DNA of 32,751 bases. It comes from Fidelibacterota bacterium (GTDB taxonomy: Bacteria > Fidelibacterota > JAANXI01). Positions within the stretch are counted from its first letter, which is position 1. Each line of letters opens with the position of its first letter. Positions 1 to 9,532 of this stretch are shown in pieces. The stretch is from positions 1-32,751 of the forward strand of contig JAANXI010000175.1 in the NCBI GenBank assembly GCA_018263365.1, given 5' to 3'. The position numbers and the translations under genes are program-made. Under the pieces are notes generated by a model. That model worked only from the letters and a program-made list of their open reading frames with translations, was not told the DNA's origin and ran no database searches.

Positions 1-1
1 T

Positions 2-958
2 ACAGATCAGAATCAATTCTCGGGGACTGGATACCTCTCGGTTTACGATTCCGAACAAAGGGTAAAACATGTATATACAAATCGTGATTCCCTGGAATAT
101 TCTCTTCCCGGCTCCCGGATTTTTTATGGACCAGTCGGCATCTCTCAGGGCCAATTTGGCGGTGAGTTTCTGATCCCCAAAGATATCAATTATACCGGCG
201 ATGCCGGAAAAATGCTTTTCCTGTACCAGGGTGCGGATGCGGATAGCAGCATTACGGGAGCGGGAATACAACGCCCCATTTCATTTCGGGGGACGGCTAC
301 CGGCGTGTCGGACACCGAACCGCCACAAATTACCGTAGATTTCCAGGGCTATAACTTTCAATCCGGAGATGTAATTCCAACGACTGCGGTTCTTGACGTG
401 GCCTTGGCTGATTCATTCGGCCTCAACCTGACAGGCAGTGTCGGCCATCAGTTGAAATTGCTAGTGGATGGTCCTGTTACCAGGGAGTTCAATCTCACCG
501 AATTTTTCTCCTATGATCTGGATAGTTATCAGGAAGGCCACGCCGTCTATCCATTGACCGACCTGGAACCGGGCCAATACACCTTTACTATCCGGGCGTG
601 GGATACCTCCAACAATCTTGCAGTGCAAACGGTGGATGTCACGTTGATCGAGGGAGGTGATTTCGCCGTTTCACAGGTCTACAATTATCCGAATCCCATG
701 CGGAAATCTACAAAATTCACGTTTTCGCTCAGCGAACCCGGCGCCGTCTCAATTACTGTCTATACCCTTGCCGGGCAACCGGTGACTACTCTGAAGAATA
801 CCTATTCTCAAGCGGGATTCCACACCATTCACTGGGATGGCCAGGATGAATTCGGCGCGCCGGTGGCCAACGGAATGTACCTATATCGGGTCACCGCCCA
901 CGCCAATCAATCCGAGAACTCGGACCGGGTGATTGGGAAACTGGCAATCACGCGGTAG
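2..958 (+). CDS. 3' part of a PorU-like (T9SS sortase, peptidase C25 family) protein with C-terminal FlgD-Ig/T9SS-type sorting domain; 5' truncated by window edge
   Basis: The frame of ORF 212..958 is open back to position 2 (…SRIFYGPV…FLIPKDINY…). PorU-like segments: DTEPPQI, GLNLTGSVGHQL, YTFTIRAWDTSNN. C-terminal domain: VYNYPNP…VYTLAGQPV…WDGQDEFG…VANGMYLYRV. Confidence 0.7.
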   Translation, partial: TDQNQFSGTGYLSVYDSEQRVKHVYTNRDSLEYSLPGSRIFYGPVGISQGQFGGEFLIPKDINYTGDAGKMLFLYQGADADSSITGAGIQRPISFRGTATGVSDTEPPQITVDFQGYNFQSGDVIPTTAVLDVALADSFGLNLTGSVGHQLKLLVDGPVTREFNLTEFFSYDLDSYQEGHAVYPLTDLEPGQYTFTIRAWDTSNNLAVQTVDVTLIEGGDFAVSQVYNYPNPMRKSTKFTFSLSEPGAVSITVYTLAGQPVTTLKNTYSQAGFHTIHWDGQDEFGAPVANGMYLYRVTAHANQSENSDRVIGKLAITR

Positions 959-971
959 CTGTTTCAAACAA

Positions 972-1577
972 ATGTCCGTCCACGAAATGCTACCCGATAT
1001 TGATCGCCCGGTTATTCTTGCCTCCCGGTCTCCCAGACGATCCAATTTGTTGAAACAAATCGGGCTGGATTTTACGGTGCAGCCCGCTGATGTTAACGAA
1101 GCCAAATTTGGGTCCACAGAAAAATCTCCGGAAGAACTCGCTGTATTACTCGCGTCCAAAAAAGCTGAAGTTATAGCCAAAGAGCAGTTTTCTTCTTCCA
1201 TTATTATAGGCGCAGATACCATTGTTTGCATTGGAGAAACCATTCTGGGAAAACCATCCAACCGGGGAGAGGCCAAATCAACCTTACGACATCTCTCCAG
1301 TCGAAGTCACGAGGTTATTACCGGCGTTGCAATAATGAAAGCACCGGAACTCCAGGAAATCACCTTTTCGGAAACCACCGAAGTGCATTTTCGTGAACTG
1401 TCCGACCAGGAAATGGACGCGTATATCAATACCGGGGAGCCTATGGACAAAGCCGGTGCCTATGGCATTCAAGGATTCGGCGCCCTGCTCGTTGATTACA
1501 TCCATGGGGATTATAATAATGTCGTCGGATTTCCGTTGGCCGCATTTTACCGGTATTTCCGCCAATTTGTTGAATAG
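972..1577 (+). CDS. maf: Maf family nucleoside triphosphate pyrophosphatase (YhdE-like)
   Basis: Motifs ILASRSPRR, IIGADTIV, ILGKP, H-x-VITG, DKAGAYGIQG, NVVGFP. Start set at ATG 972 (987 possible) to avoid overlap with the upstream gene. Confidence 0.93.
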   Translation: MSVHEMLPDIDRPVILASRSPRRSNLLKQIGLDFTVQPADVNEAKFGSTEKSPEELAVLLASKKAEVIAKEQFSSSIIIGADTIVCIGETILGKPSNRGEAKSTLRHLSSRSHEVITGVAIMKAPELQEITFSETTEVHFRELSDQEMDAYINTGEPMDKAGAYGIQGFGALLVDYIHGDYNNVVGFPLAAFYRYFRQFVE

Positions 1578-1749
1578 ACCAACTTCTTATTGTGGCTCTG
1601 TCTATCTTTGCTTATTGTTTTTCACGTTAATTTCTATTAATTAATGGCATCACAGAGAAAATTGCACCATCGGTGCAAAGGCACTTTGCTCTTGGCTGAG
1701 ATTTCGTTATACTTTTTGTTGATTTTTACGGACACCCCAGGGAGCCTAC

Positions 1750-2631
1750 ATGAAAAATTTTTTCCAGGAATTTAAGGAGCACAGAGAAAAACAGTCCATC
1801 ACGCTGAAGGAGATCTCCGCGCGAACGAAAATTAACGTGCGGTTTCTCCAGGCTATTGAAGAGGGCGAATTCGATGTACTTCCTGAAACATATATGCGAC
1901 TGTTCTTGCGCGCTTATGCCGTGGAAATTGGCATTGATCCCGACGAGGCGATCGAAAAGCTGGAACTCTACCAGGGTACTATCACCGAACCGCGCCCCAA
2001 ATCCGAAAAAAAATCCAAAGAATTTGGTGACGAGCCGGAATCCAGCGAAACGCATACCACCCCGCCAATCGATCTGAAACCTAAAAACAAGTTCAACTGG
2101 AAACGTACGCTCATAGTGCTGGCAGTGGCTGCGTTTGCCATCTGGGTGATCAAATCGTATGTGGACAGTACCAGCATTACGGAAACTCCACAGCCTGTTG
2201 CCTCTCCGGGAACGACGTCTCAATCCGAAACAACCCAGCCGAGCGAGGCAAAAATCTCTGAAGAGCAGTTTGAGCAGGGAACGGTAGTGGACGAATCCCA
2301 ACAATCAGTTCGCTCCACCGCACCAAACCAGCAGATTGTGCTCGTACTGAGCGCTGTCGACCGGACATGGGTGAGAGTACGACGGGATACCTTGCCCAGC
2401 CAAGAATTCACCTTTTTACCGCAAGACAGCCGAACCTGGCGGGCGAACGAGCGCATTGAAATATTGATTGGAAATTCAGCCGGAGTTAATTTAGTCCTCA
2501 ATGGTGAACCGCTGGGCGAACTTGGTGCTCCCAACACCGTGACTAACCTGGTAATTAACCGCGAGGGCGTCGTGAACAAACGCACCGTCGTATCTCAATC
2601 GAATACCCCGGATACAACAAACACCTCATAA
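1750..2631 (+). CDS. rodZ: RodZ-like cytoskeleton protein (HTH, single TM helix, DUF4115)
   Basis: N-terminal HTH (TKINVRFLQAIEEGEFDVLP…YMRLFLRAYA), TM segment LIVLAVAAFAIWVI, C-terminal TWVRV…IGNSAGVNLVLNG. GGAG RBS upstream. Confidence 0.85.
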   Translation: MKNFFQEFKEHREKQSITLKEISARTKINVRFLQAIEEGEFDVLPETYMRLFLRAYAVEIGIDPDEAIEKLELYQGTITEPRPKSEKKSKEFGDEPESSETHTTPPIDLKPKNKFNWKRTLIVLAVAAFAIWVIKSYVDSTSITETPQPVASPGTTSQSETTQPSEAKISEEQFEQGTVVDESQQSVRSTAPNQQIVLVLSAVDRTWVRVRRDTLPSQEFTFLPQDSRTWRANERIEILIGNSAGVNLVLNGEPLGELGAPNTVTNLVINREGVVNKRTVVSQSNTPDTTNTS

Positions 2632-2887
2632 TATTCCCGGTGAAGTCCACACTACCGGAAAACCTCGGAAATCATAGACCTCATCAGTTTGGTTTGACCA
2701 CATAAATTTTTTACCCACCTCCCCCACATTTTCTGTAGTCAATACTTAAAAATTCACCGATTATTTCAAATTTTCCGCCTTAGGAAACATTTGTACACTT
2801 TTTGTTCACTTTCCATATTATCACCACTTACCGCAATCGACTTAAAAGAATAAGTGAGTATCCCGTATTTTATTTTTTGTTTAATTC

Positions 2888-2940
2888 TTGACATCCTTAA
2901 ATTCGTAGTGTATAATTGTGGGTAATAGTGGGTAATTGTC
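2888..2940 (+). promoter_or_regulatory. sigma70 promoter of the dcw operon overlapped by MraZ-binding repeats
   Basis: TTGACA (2888-2893), 17-nt spacer, TATAAT (2911-2916). 10-bp-periodic repeats GTGTATAATT/GTGGGTAATA/GTGGGTAATT at 2908, 2918 and 2928 match known MraZ GTGG/TGGG boxes. Confidence 0.88.
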
Positions 2941-2966
2941 CCAACCACTAATCCGAGAAGAGCAAA

Positions 2967-3434
2967 ATGGCGTCACGGACGAACACTTTTTCAGGTCAGT
3001 ATCAGTATTCGATCGACAGTAAAGGTCGGATCAATGTGCCTGCAAAGTTTCGACAATCCCTGTCTCCCGATTCCGATGATACGTTTGTTATCACCCGCGG
3101 ACTTGATCCCTGTCTCTGGATTTATCCTCTGGAGGAATGGGAGCGCATTGAAGACAACCTGCGCAATCTTTCTTTTTTACGTCCAAAAGAACGCCAGTTT
3201 ATTCGACAAATTGTGCGCTGGGCAACTCCGGCGAAATATGACAAACAAGGTCGTATCACAATTCCCTCTACTTTGCTCGAGATTGCAGATTTGCAGGACA
3301 ATGCGATCATCATCGGATATTTGAATAAAATTGAAGTCTGGAATCCGGACAATCTCGAATCTGAAGCGGCCGAAGTGGATTTCTCTGATGAGGAATACGA
3401 AAGTTTGGCCACTCAGAATCAAATAAGGCTGTAA
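2967..3434 (+). CDS. mraZ: division/cell wall cluster transcriptional repressor MraZ
   Basis: Two SpoVT-AbrB repeats (IDSKGRINVPAKFR; DKQGRITIP), GLDPCLWIYP, IEVW. First gene of the dcw cluster. Confidence 0.97.
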   Translation: MASRTNTFSGQYQYSIDSKGRINVPAKFRQSLSPDSDDTFVITRGLDPCLWIYPLEEWERIEDNLRNLSFLRPKERQFIRQIVRWATPAKYDKQGRITIPSTLLEIADLQDNAIIIGYLNKIEVWNPDNLESEAAEVDFSDEEYESLATQNQIRL

Positions 3435-3442
3435 CTCGTGAC

Positions 3443-4360
3443 ATGAACCGCATTCACATTCCGGTTCTTTTGGACGAGACAATCGAGTGGCTGTTAACCC
3501 GGCGTGATGGCGTGTACGTTGACGCCACCATTGGAGCGGGAGGGCACAGCCAGGCATTACTAAAACATCTGGACAGCGGTGCCACACTTGTGGGTATCGA
3601 CGCAGATGGGACAATTTTGGATCATGCGGCGGCAGCACTGAAGGAATTTCCCCAGCGGATTCTGCTGGCGGAAACGAACTTTAGTCATGTAACAGCCGTG
3701 CTGAAAAGCCAGCACATTACAGGGATAGACGGGATACTCATGGACCTTGGCATCTCCTCTCTTCAAATCGATGAGGCGAAACGCGGATTTTCCTATCAGC
3801 AGGAAGGACCGCTGGATATGCGCTTTGCGGAGGACGCCACGGAAACGGCGGCAAAAGTCATTAATACAGCCAGCGAGGAAAAAATCGCCTCTATTATAAA
3901 GGAATACGGCGAAGAGCGATATGCGAAGTCTATCGCACGGGCCATTATCACCAATCGTCCCATGGAAACTACGACTGATCTACGCGCGGCCATCGAAACG
4001 GTGACGCCAGAACCGTATCGGATTAAAACGTTGGCCCGCGTATTTCAGTCGATTCGTATTCATGTAAACCGCGAACTGGAAATGCTCAAACAGACGCTTC
4101 ATGCAGTACTACCCTATTTGCATTCCGGCGGCAGAATGGTGGTGATTGCCTATCATTCACTGGAAGATCGAATTGTGAAGCAGTTCTCCAAATGGGCGGA
4201 GAGCGATTGTGTGTGTCCGCCGGAGCTGCCCCAGTGTATGTGTGACAAGGAGCAGGAGTTAAAAATTCTCACCCGAAGTATTGTGCGTCCATCAGATGAG
4301 GAAATCGAACGGAACCCGCGAGCCAGAAGCGCCCGGCTCCGGGCAGCGGAGAAGGTATAA
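3443..4360 (+). CDS. rsmH: 16S rRNA (cytosine1402-N4)-methyltransferase
   Basis: HIPVLL, DATIGAGGHS, DLGISSLQID, RGFS, PLDMR, YHSLEDRIVK, NPRARSARLR. Confidence 0.98.
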   Translation: MNRIHIPVLLDETIEWLLTRRDGVYVDATIGAGGHSQALLKHLDSGATLVGIDADGTILDHAAAALKEFPQRILLAETNFSHVTAVLKSQHITGIDGILMDLGISSLQIDEAKRGFSYQQEGPLDMRFAEDATETAAKVINTASEEKIASIIKEYGEERYAKSIARAIITNRPMETTTDLRAAIETVTPEPYRIKTLARVFQSIRIHVNRELEMLKQTLHAVLPYLHSGGRMVVIAYHSLEDRIVKQFSKWAESDCVCPPELPQCMCDKEQELKILTRSIVRPSDEEIERNPRARSARLRAAEKV

Positions 4361-4689
4361 TGGCTGCCTCTAAAAAAACCTCCGATGATATGTTCTTCAC
4401 CATGTCCTTTATGGTAGTGGTTGCTTTGCTCATTGGACTGTTTCTTGGATATCTCTGGGTGCATAACGCTGTGACAAAAACAATTAAGGAAAATATGGCT
4501 CTCCGGAAATTGGAGCAGCAATTGGATAATCAAAACCGGGAACTCCGGAGCGAATTGACCAACCTCTCCCGCGGCGATCGGATCAAGCGAATCGCCCGGA
4601 CTGAACTGGGGATGGTCACACCCGAACCGGAATCTCTGGTCGTGTTCATCGACGGCGAATTCTATGAATCAAAAAGATTAAACCAATAA
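4360..4689 (+). CDS. ftsL: cell division protein FtsL
   Basis: Short bitopic protein with TM helix, leucine-zipper coiled coil and RIKRIARTELGM. Lies between rsmH and ftsI. Confidence 0.85.
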   Translation: MAASKKTSDDMFFTMSFMVVVALLIGLFLGYLWVHNAVTKTIKENMALRKLEQQLDNQNRELRSELTNLSRGDRIKRIARTELGMVTPEPESLVVFIDGEFYESKRLNQ

Positions 4690-4690
4690 A

Positions 4691-6694
4691 ATGAGTCCCC
4701 GCGACGATATTTTTTCCGGACGGTTTCTCGTTATTTTAACAGGATCGTTGCTTCTCTGGGTCCTGCTAGTGGGTAAACTATACGTCGTTCAGGTTGCCCA
4801 GGGAGACCAGTACAGAGCGCTGGGAAAACGGCAGGCGGAAAACCGGGAACCGATCCCTCCTATCCGCGGCAATATTTATGATCGACATCACAAGCAGCTC
4901 ACGATGAACATTCCGCAATACTCGTTTGGCGCCCATCCGTATCTTATTGAAAACAAAAATACACTCGCGGCACAGTTTGCCAAGGTGTTCGGCAGTTCTA
5001 CCTCCTTTTACCTTAATCGCTTAAACTCCTCTGCCCCGTTTGTCTGGCTGGAGCGCAACGTAGAAAAGTCCCGGGCGGAGCCGTTTTTGAATTATTCGGG
5101 ACGCGGCCTGGTCACCATTGTCGACCGGGAACGGTACTATCCATACAAGGAACTAGCCTCTCAGATTATCGGATTTACCAATGTGGATGGGGTGGGGATC
5201 AATGGAGTGGAGGCACAATTCGACTCGCTGCTCAAGGGCAAGCCTGGCTGGACTATCCTGCGTAAGGATGGCCTGGGGAGCAGCATGCCAAGCCCCCGGT
5301 TTCCGTCAATTGAACCGGTCGACGGCTACGACATTGACCTGACCATTGATTTCGAATACCAGACCATACTCGAAGAGGCGCTGGGCCAAGGGCTAAAAAA
5401 ATATAACGCCCAGTCCGGGATGGCCCTCCTGATGAATCCCGGTAACGGGGCAATTCTCGGGATGACGTCCCTTCCCTCGTACAACCCCAATAATGTTTCC
5501 AGAGCCAATCCGGCCAATATAAAAAATCGGGTCATCACCAACATTTACGAGCCGGGATCGACGTTCAAAATCGTAACCGCGACAGCCGCGTTAGCGGAAG
5601 ATGTCGTCTCCATGTCGGACATCTTTTTCTGTGAGCAGGGTGAAATTCAAATCGAGGGAGAAACCATCCACGATTGGAAACCGTATGGCTGGCTGACTTT
5701 TGAGGATGTCATTGTCAAATCCAGTAATGTGGGCACAATTAAAATTGCGGAAAAAGTTGGCCAGGAGCGGCTATACCGCTACTTGCGTAAATTCGGAATC
5801 GGCACCAGAACCGGCATCGATTTAGCCGGTGAGGTGCCCGGCATCACCCATCTGTTAGACAAATGGACGGAAATTTCTACCGCCAGTGTCGCTATTGGGC
5901 ACGAGGTTTCAGTGACGGCGCTGCAGTTGGCAAACGCATTTGCCGCCGTCGCCAATGACGGATATCTGATGGAACCGTACATCGTTGATAAGGTGTACAA
6001 CCAGTCCGGTAAAGTGATGTACCAGGCGGAACCCACCGTTATTCGTCAGGTCGCCAGTCCCGAGACTATGCAAAAAGTCAAAGAGATCCTGGAGCAAGTG
6101 GTGGTGCGCGGCACAGGCGAAAATGCCCATATTGATGGCATTCGCATCGCCGGGAAAACGGGCACGGCTCAAAAATCCATTGATGGCGAATATTCCGACA
6201 CGGAGTACGTTTCCTCGTTTATCGGCTTTCTGCCGGTAGGAGAACCGAAACTGTTGTGTGCAGTTATCCTGGATTCACCGGATTTCGGCCAGCACTGGGG
6301 CGGATACGCGGCGGCGCCAATCGTCAAAAATATCTTTTCACAGATTATCAATTCGACTGACCGCTACTTCATCGCTGACGATGCGAGACAGCCAACTCCA
6401 AAATCAATGGACACCCTAAATCATACGGAGGTGCAAACAGCCTCCAATTCCCCGGTTGCACTCACCACGCAAATGATCTTTGATCCGGAAAAACCGAAGG
6501 CAGAGATCAAGCAGCAAAAGAGTGATAGAATGCCGGATGTTCGGCAGATGAGCTTACGCAAGGCTATCGTCCGGCTGTATGAAATGGACCTAAAAGTAGA
6601 GATATCCGGCTACGGCAAAGTCGTGCGGCAAAGTCCGCGGCCGGGTGCGCATATTAACAAAGGAACAACCGTATACCTGGAACTCGCGAGCTGA
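4691..6694 (+). CDS. ftsI: class B penicillin-binding protein FtsI (PBP3) with C-terminal PASTA domain
   Basis: RGNIYDR, EPGSTFK (SxxK), KSSN (SxN), GKTGTAQ (KTG). C-terminal PASTA-like MPDVRQMSLRKA…QSPRPG. Confidence 0.95.
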   Translation: MSPRDDIFSGRFLVILTGSLLLWVLLVGKLYVVQVAQGDQYRALGKRQAENREPIPPIRGNIYDRHHKQLTMNIPQYSFGAHPYLIENKNTLAAQFAKVFGSSTSFYLNRLNSSAPFVWLERNVEKSRAEPFLNYSGRGLVTIVDRERYYPYKELASQIIGFTNVDGVGINGVEAQFDSLLKGKPGWTILRKDGLGSSMPSPRFPSIEPVDGYDIDLTIDFEYQTILEEALGQGLKKYNAQSGMALLMNPGNGAILGMTSLPSYNPNNVSRANPANIKNRVITNIYEPGSTFKIVTATAALAEDVVSMSDIFFCEQGEIQIEGETIHDWKPYGWLTFEDVIVKSSNVGTIKIAEKVGQERLYRYLRKFGIGTRTGIDLAGEVPGITHLLDKWTEISTASVAIGHEVSVTALQLANAFAAVANDGYLMEPYIVDKVYNQSGKVMYQAEPTVIRQVASPETMQKVKEILEQVVVRGTGENAHIDGIRIAGKTGTAQKSIDGEYSDTEYVSSFIGFLPVGEPKLLCAVILDSPDFGQHWGGYAAAPIVKNIFSQIINSTDRYFIADDARQPTPKSMDTLNHTEVQTASNSPVALTTQMIFDPEKPKAEIKQQKSDRMPDVRQMSLRKAIVRLYEMDLKVEISGYGKVVRQSPRPGAHINKGTTVYLELAS

Positions 6695-6698
6695 TTCA

Positions 6699-8180
6699 AT
6701 GGAACGAGACCTGACACAACTGCTGGAGGGAACTGACTTCGTGGGACCAGAGGGTGTCACTGTCACTGGTTTCACCAGCGATTCCCGGGATGTCCGGGAT
6801 GTCCGGGACGGTTTTGTATTCATCGCCGTACCGGGCTTCCGGACAGACGGTCATGAATATATACCACAGGCAATTGATCGGGGAGCAGCAGCGATTGTCC
6901 TGGAAAACATGACAGATACGCAGGGCGTGCCCACCTATCAAGTGCCGTCTTCGAGGCGGGCACTCTCCCGGATTGCTGCTGCATGGTTCGATTTTCCCGC
7001 CTCCCAGATGAAAATAATTGGCATTACCGGAACGAACGGTAAAACCACGATAACGAATATTCTGCGCACGATTTTTACGACGGCGGGCATGAATGCCGCG
7101 TCCATCGGGACGCTGGGCTATACCATTGGTGAGCAATTCTATCCCACAACGTTGACCACTCCGGATGCGCCGGAATTGCACGAGCGCCTTGCGGAGATGG
7201 TCGAAGCCGACACAGAAATAGTTGCGATGGAAATATCCTCTCACGCACTGGCGCTTGAACGGGTAGTCGATATTCCGGTTGAGACGGCAGTCTTTACGAA
7301 TCTCGGCGAAGATCATTACGAGTTCCATAATACGAGGGAAGCCTATCGCGCCGCCAAGGGAAACCTGTTTAGCAGATTGCCTGATTCGGGCCACGCTGTA
7401 CTGAATTACGACAGTCCGGAATATGTCTGGTTTGTCGAGAATTGTGGCGGCTCTGTCCACTCCTATTCCCTGCAAAGCCAGGATGCGGATTACTATTACC
7501 GCGATTATACTGCCGATTTCACGGGTGGGCAAGGAACCGTTCAAACCCCCTACAATGAATTTGAGATTTCCACGCGACTGCTTGGCAGATACAACCTGTC
7601 CAATATATTGGCAGCCATTGCAGTGGCGGAAATCCACGGCGTAGATATCTCTTCGATCGGGGAGGGTGTCGGTTCCATTTCCCACGTGGCCGGACGGCTT
7701 GAGTTAGTGGAGACCGGCGATGAATTCCCCCGGGTCTACGTGGATTACGCCCATACGCCGGACGCCCTGGAATCAACGTTAACTGAGGTAGTTTATCTGA
7801 AAAACAGTACCCCCGAACCCGCACAGGTCATCGTGGTTTTCGGCTGCGGCGGGAATCGCGACAAGGCAAAGCGGCCAAAGATGGGCGCTATTGCAGAAAA
7901 GCTCGCTGATCGGGTGATCGTGACCAGCGATAATCCCAGGGATGAAAATCCGCTGGACATTATTGAGGACATTCAGTCAGGAATGGCACGGGAGGATACG
8001 ATTATCGAGCCTGATCGCGAAAAAGCTATTTATAAGGCATTGGCCTTAAGTACACCGAACGATTTCGTGCTCATCGCCGGAAAAGGTCACGAGGATTATC
8101 AGATTATTGGCGATGATAGAATTGATTTCGATGATAAGGTGGTCGTGCAACAAGCCATAGAGGACTTGCAGACTCCATGA
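6699..8180 (+). CDS. murE: UDP-MurNAc-tripeptide synthetase MurE (meso-DAP type)
   Basis: GITGTNGKTT, LTTPD, MEISSHAL, VDYAHTPDAL, VFGCGGNRD, SDNPR (meso-DAP signature), AGKGHE. Start ATG at 6699, just after the ftsI stop. Confidence 0.97.
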   Translation: MERDLTQLLEGTDFVGPEGVTVTGFTSDSRDVRDVRDGFVFIAVPGFRTDGHEYIPQAIDRGAAAIVLENMTDTQGVPTYQVPSSRRALSRIAAAWFDFPASQMKIIGITGTNGKTTITNILRTIFTTAGMNAASIGTLGYTIGEQFYPTTLTTPDAPELHERLAEMVEADTEIVAMEISSHALALERVVDIPVETAVFTNLGEDHYEFHNTREAYRAAKGNLFSRLPDSGHAVLNYDSPEYVWFVENCGGSVHSYSLQSQDADYYYRDYTADFTGGQGTVQTPYNEFEISTRLLGRYNLSNILAAIAVAEIHGVDISSIGEGVGSISHVAGRLELVETGDEFPRVYVDYAHTPDALESTLTEVVYLKNSTPEPAQVIVVFGCGGNRDKAKRPKMGAIAEKLADRVIVTSDNPRDENPLDIIEDIQSGMAREDTIIEPDREKAIYKALALSTPNDFVLIAGKGHEDYQIIGDDRIDFDDKVVVQQAIEDLQTP

Positions 8181-9532
8181 TCACATGGGATGACATCCAG
8201 GCGTTGAAACCTCTCCGGACGCAAAATCTTCCGAAAGAGGAGTCGATTCGGGGCGCGGATATCGACAGCCGCCGAATGGACGAGGGCATGATTTTTATCG
8301 CCCGACGCGGCGAGGAGAGGGACGGGCATGAGTACATCCGCCCTGCCCTGCAGTCCGGCGCTGTCGCAGCGATCATAGAGCAACGGTGGTTTCAGGATGC
8401 AGAGGATATTAATGATCTCCCGTTAATCGTAGTAACCGATGCCGATCAGGCGCTTCGCGAGCTGGCAAAACAGGTGCGGAGCCGTTTTACCGGGCCGGTA
8501 CTCGGTATTACCGGGAGCAATGGTAAGACAACTACAAAAGAGATGGTGGATGAGGTACTCTCTGCGAAATATAACGTGCTTTCTACTCCCGGTAATTTTA
8601 ACAATCTCTGGGGATTGCCACTGGCAATTCTCCGCACGAAACCGGAGCACGACTTCTGGGTCCTGGAGCACGGGATGAACACCACCGGTGAAATCGCTGC
8701 CCTCTGCGATATTTCCAGGCCCACCTGTGGCCTTATCACCACCATCGCCGAAAGCCACACCAAATTTTTCAACTCACTGGATGAAATCGCAGCGGAGAAG
8801 CTCTCACTGTTTAACGCCGTACCATCTAATGGTGTGATTTTCAAAAACCGCGACAACCCGTATACCGCCAACTACTATTCCGAAAATAAGATCGCGATTA
8901 CCTACGGTACGGAGTCTAAAGCAAACTATACCGGACAGATTGCATCTGTCGACGCCTACAGTCGGGTTCAATGCCACATCGATAAAATCGGAAAGGTCAA
9001 ACTGCGTGTTCCCGGTATGTTCCAGCTGATAAATGCGCTTGCCGCCGCAACGGTCGGTTTGACTTTCGGCATCCCTGCGCCACAGGTTAAAGAACAACTG
9101 GAAAATTTCAGTGGTGTGCCCGGTCGCGTAAACATCCTCGAGAAAAGGCAGTGTACGGTTATCGACGATACGTATAATGCCAATCCATCATCAATGCGCG
9201 AGGCGGTTGATATCCTGGCAAAGATGCCGACCGGCAATCGCCGGATTGCTATCCTTGGCGATATGCTTGAGCTAAACAGCACCACTGAGCAGCATCATTA
9301 CGAAATCGGCGAATATCTGGCAAATCACCGCATAGATGTGGTTGTAGGTGTCGGCTCGCACTCCGAACATATTATTGAAGGGGTCCGGGAGCATTCCGAT
9401 GCGAGAACTTTCCATTTTCCGGACTATGCCGCCTGTATGGACCGGCTTGGAGACATTGTAAACGCCGGGGATATTGTTCTGGTCAAAGGCTCGCACGGGA
9501 TTCACCTCGAAAACGTGGTGGAGGCGCTCTGA
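8177..9532 (+). CDS. murF: UDP-MurNAc-tripeptide--D-Ala-D-Ala ligase MurF
   Basis: GITGSNGKTTTKEM, GNFNNLWGLP, EHGM, DDTYNANPSSM, LGDMLEL, VKGS. Confidence 0.97.
   Translation: MITWDDIQALKPLRTQNLPKEESIRGADIDSRRMDEGMIFIARRGEERDGHEYIRPALQSGAVAAIIEQRWFQDAEDINDLPLIVVTDADQALRELAKQVRSRFTGPVLGITGSNGKTTTKEMVDEVLSAKYNVLSTPGNFNNLWGLPLAILRTKPEHDFWVLEHGMNTTGEIAALCDISRPTCGLITTIAESHTKFFNSLDEIAAEKLSLFNAVPSNGVIFKNRDNPYTANYYSENKIAITYGTESKANYTGQIASVDAYSRVQCHIDKIGKVKLRVPGMFQLINALAAATVGLTFGIPAPQVKEQLENFSGVPGRVNILEKRQCTVIDDTYNANPSSMREAVDILAKMPTGNRRIAILGDMLELNSTTEQHHYEIGEYLANHRIDVVVGVGSHSEHIIEGVREHSDARTFHFPDYAACMDRLGDIVNAGDIVLVKGSHGIHLENVVEAL

Noticed and set aside
6696-7685. 329-aa minus-strand ORF, plus many other antisense ORFs over dcw and rnf genes
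   Set aside because: They lie wholly opposite well-conserved genes and show no recognisable motifs; shadow ORFs.
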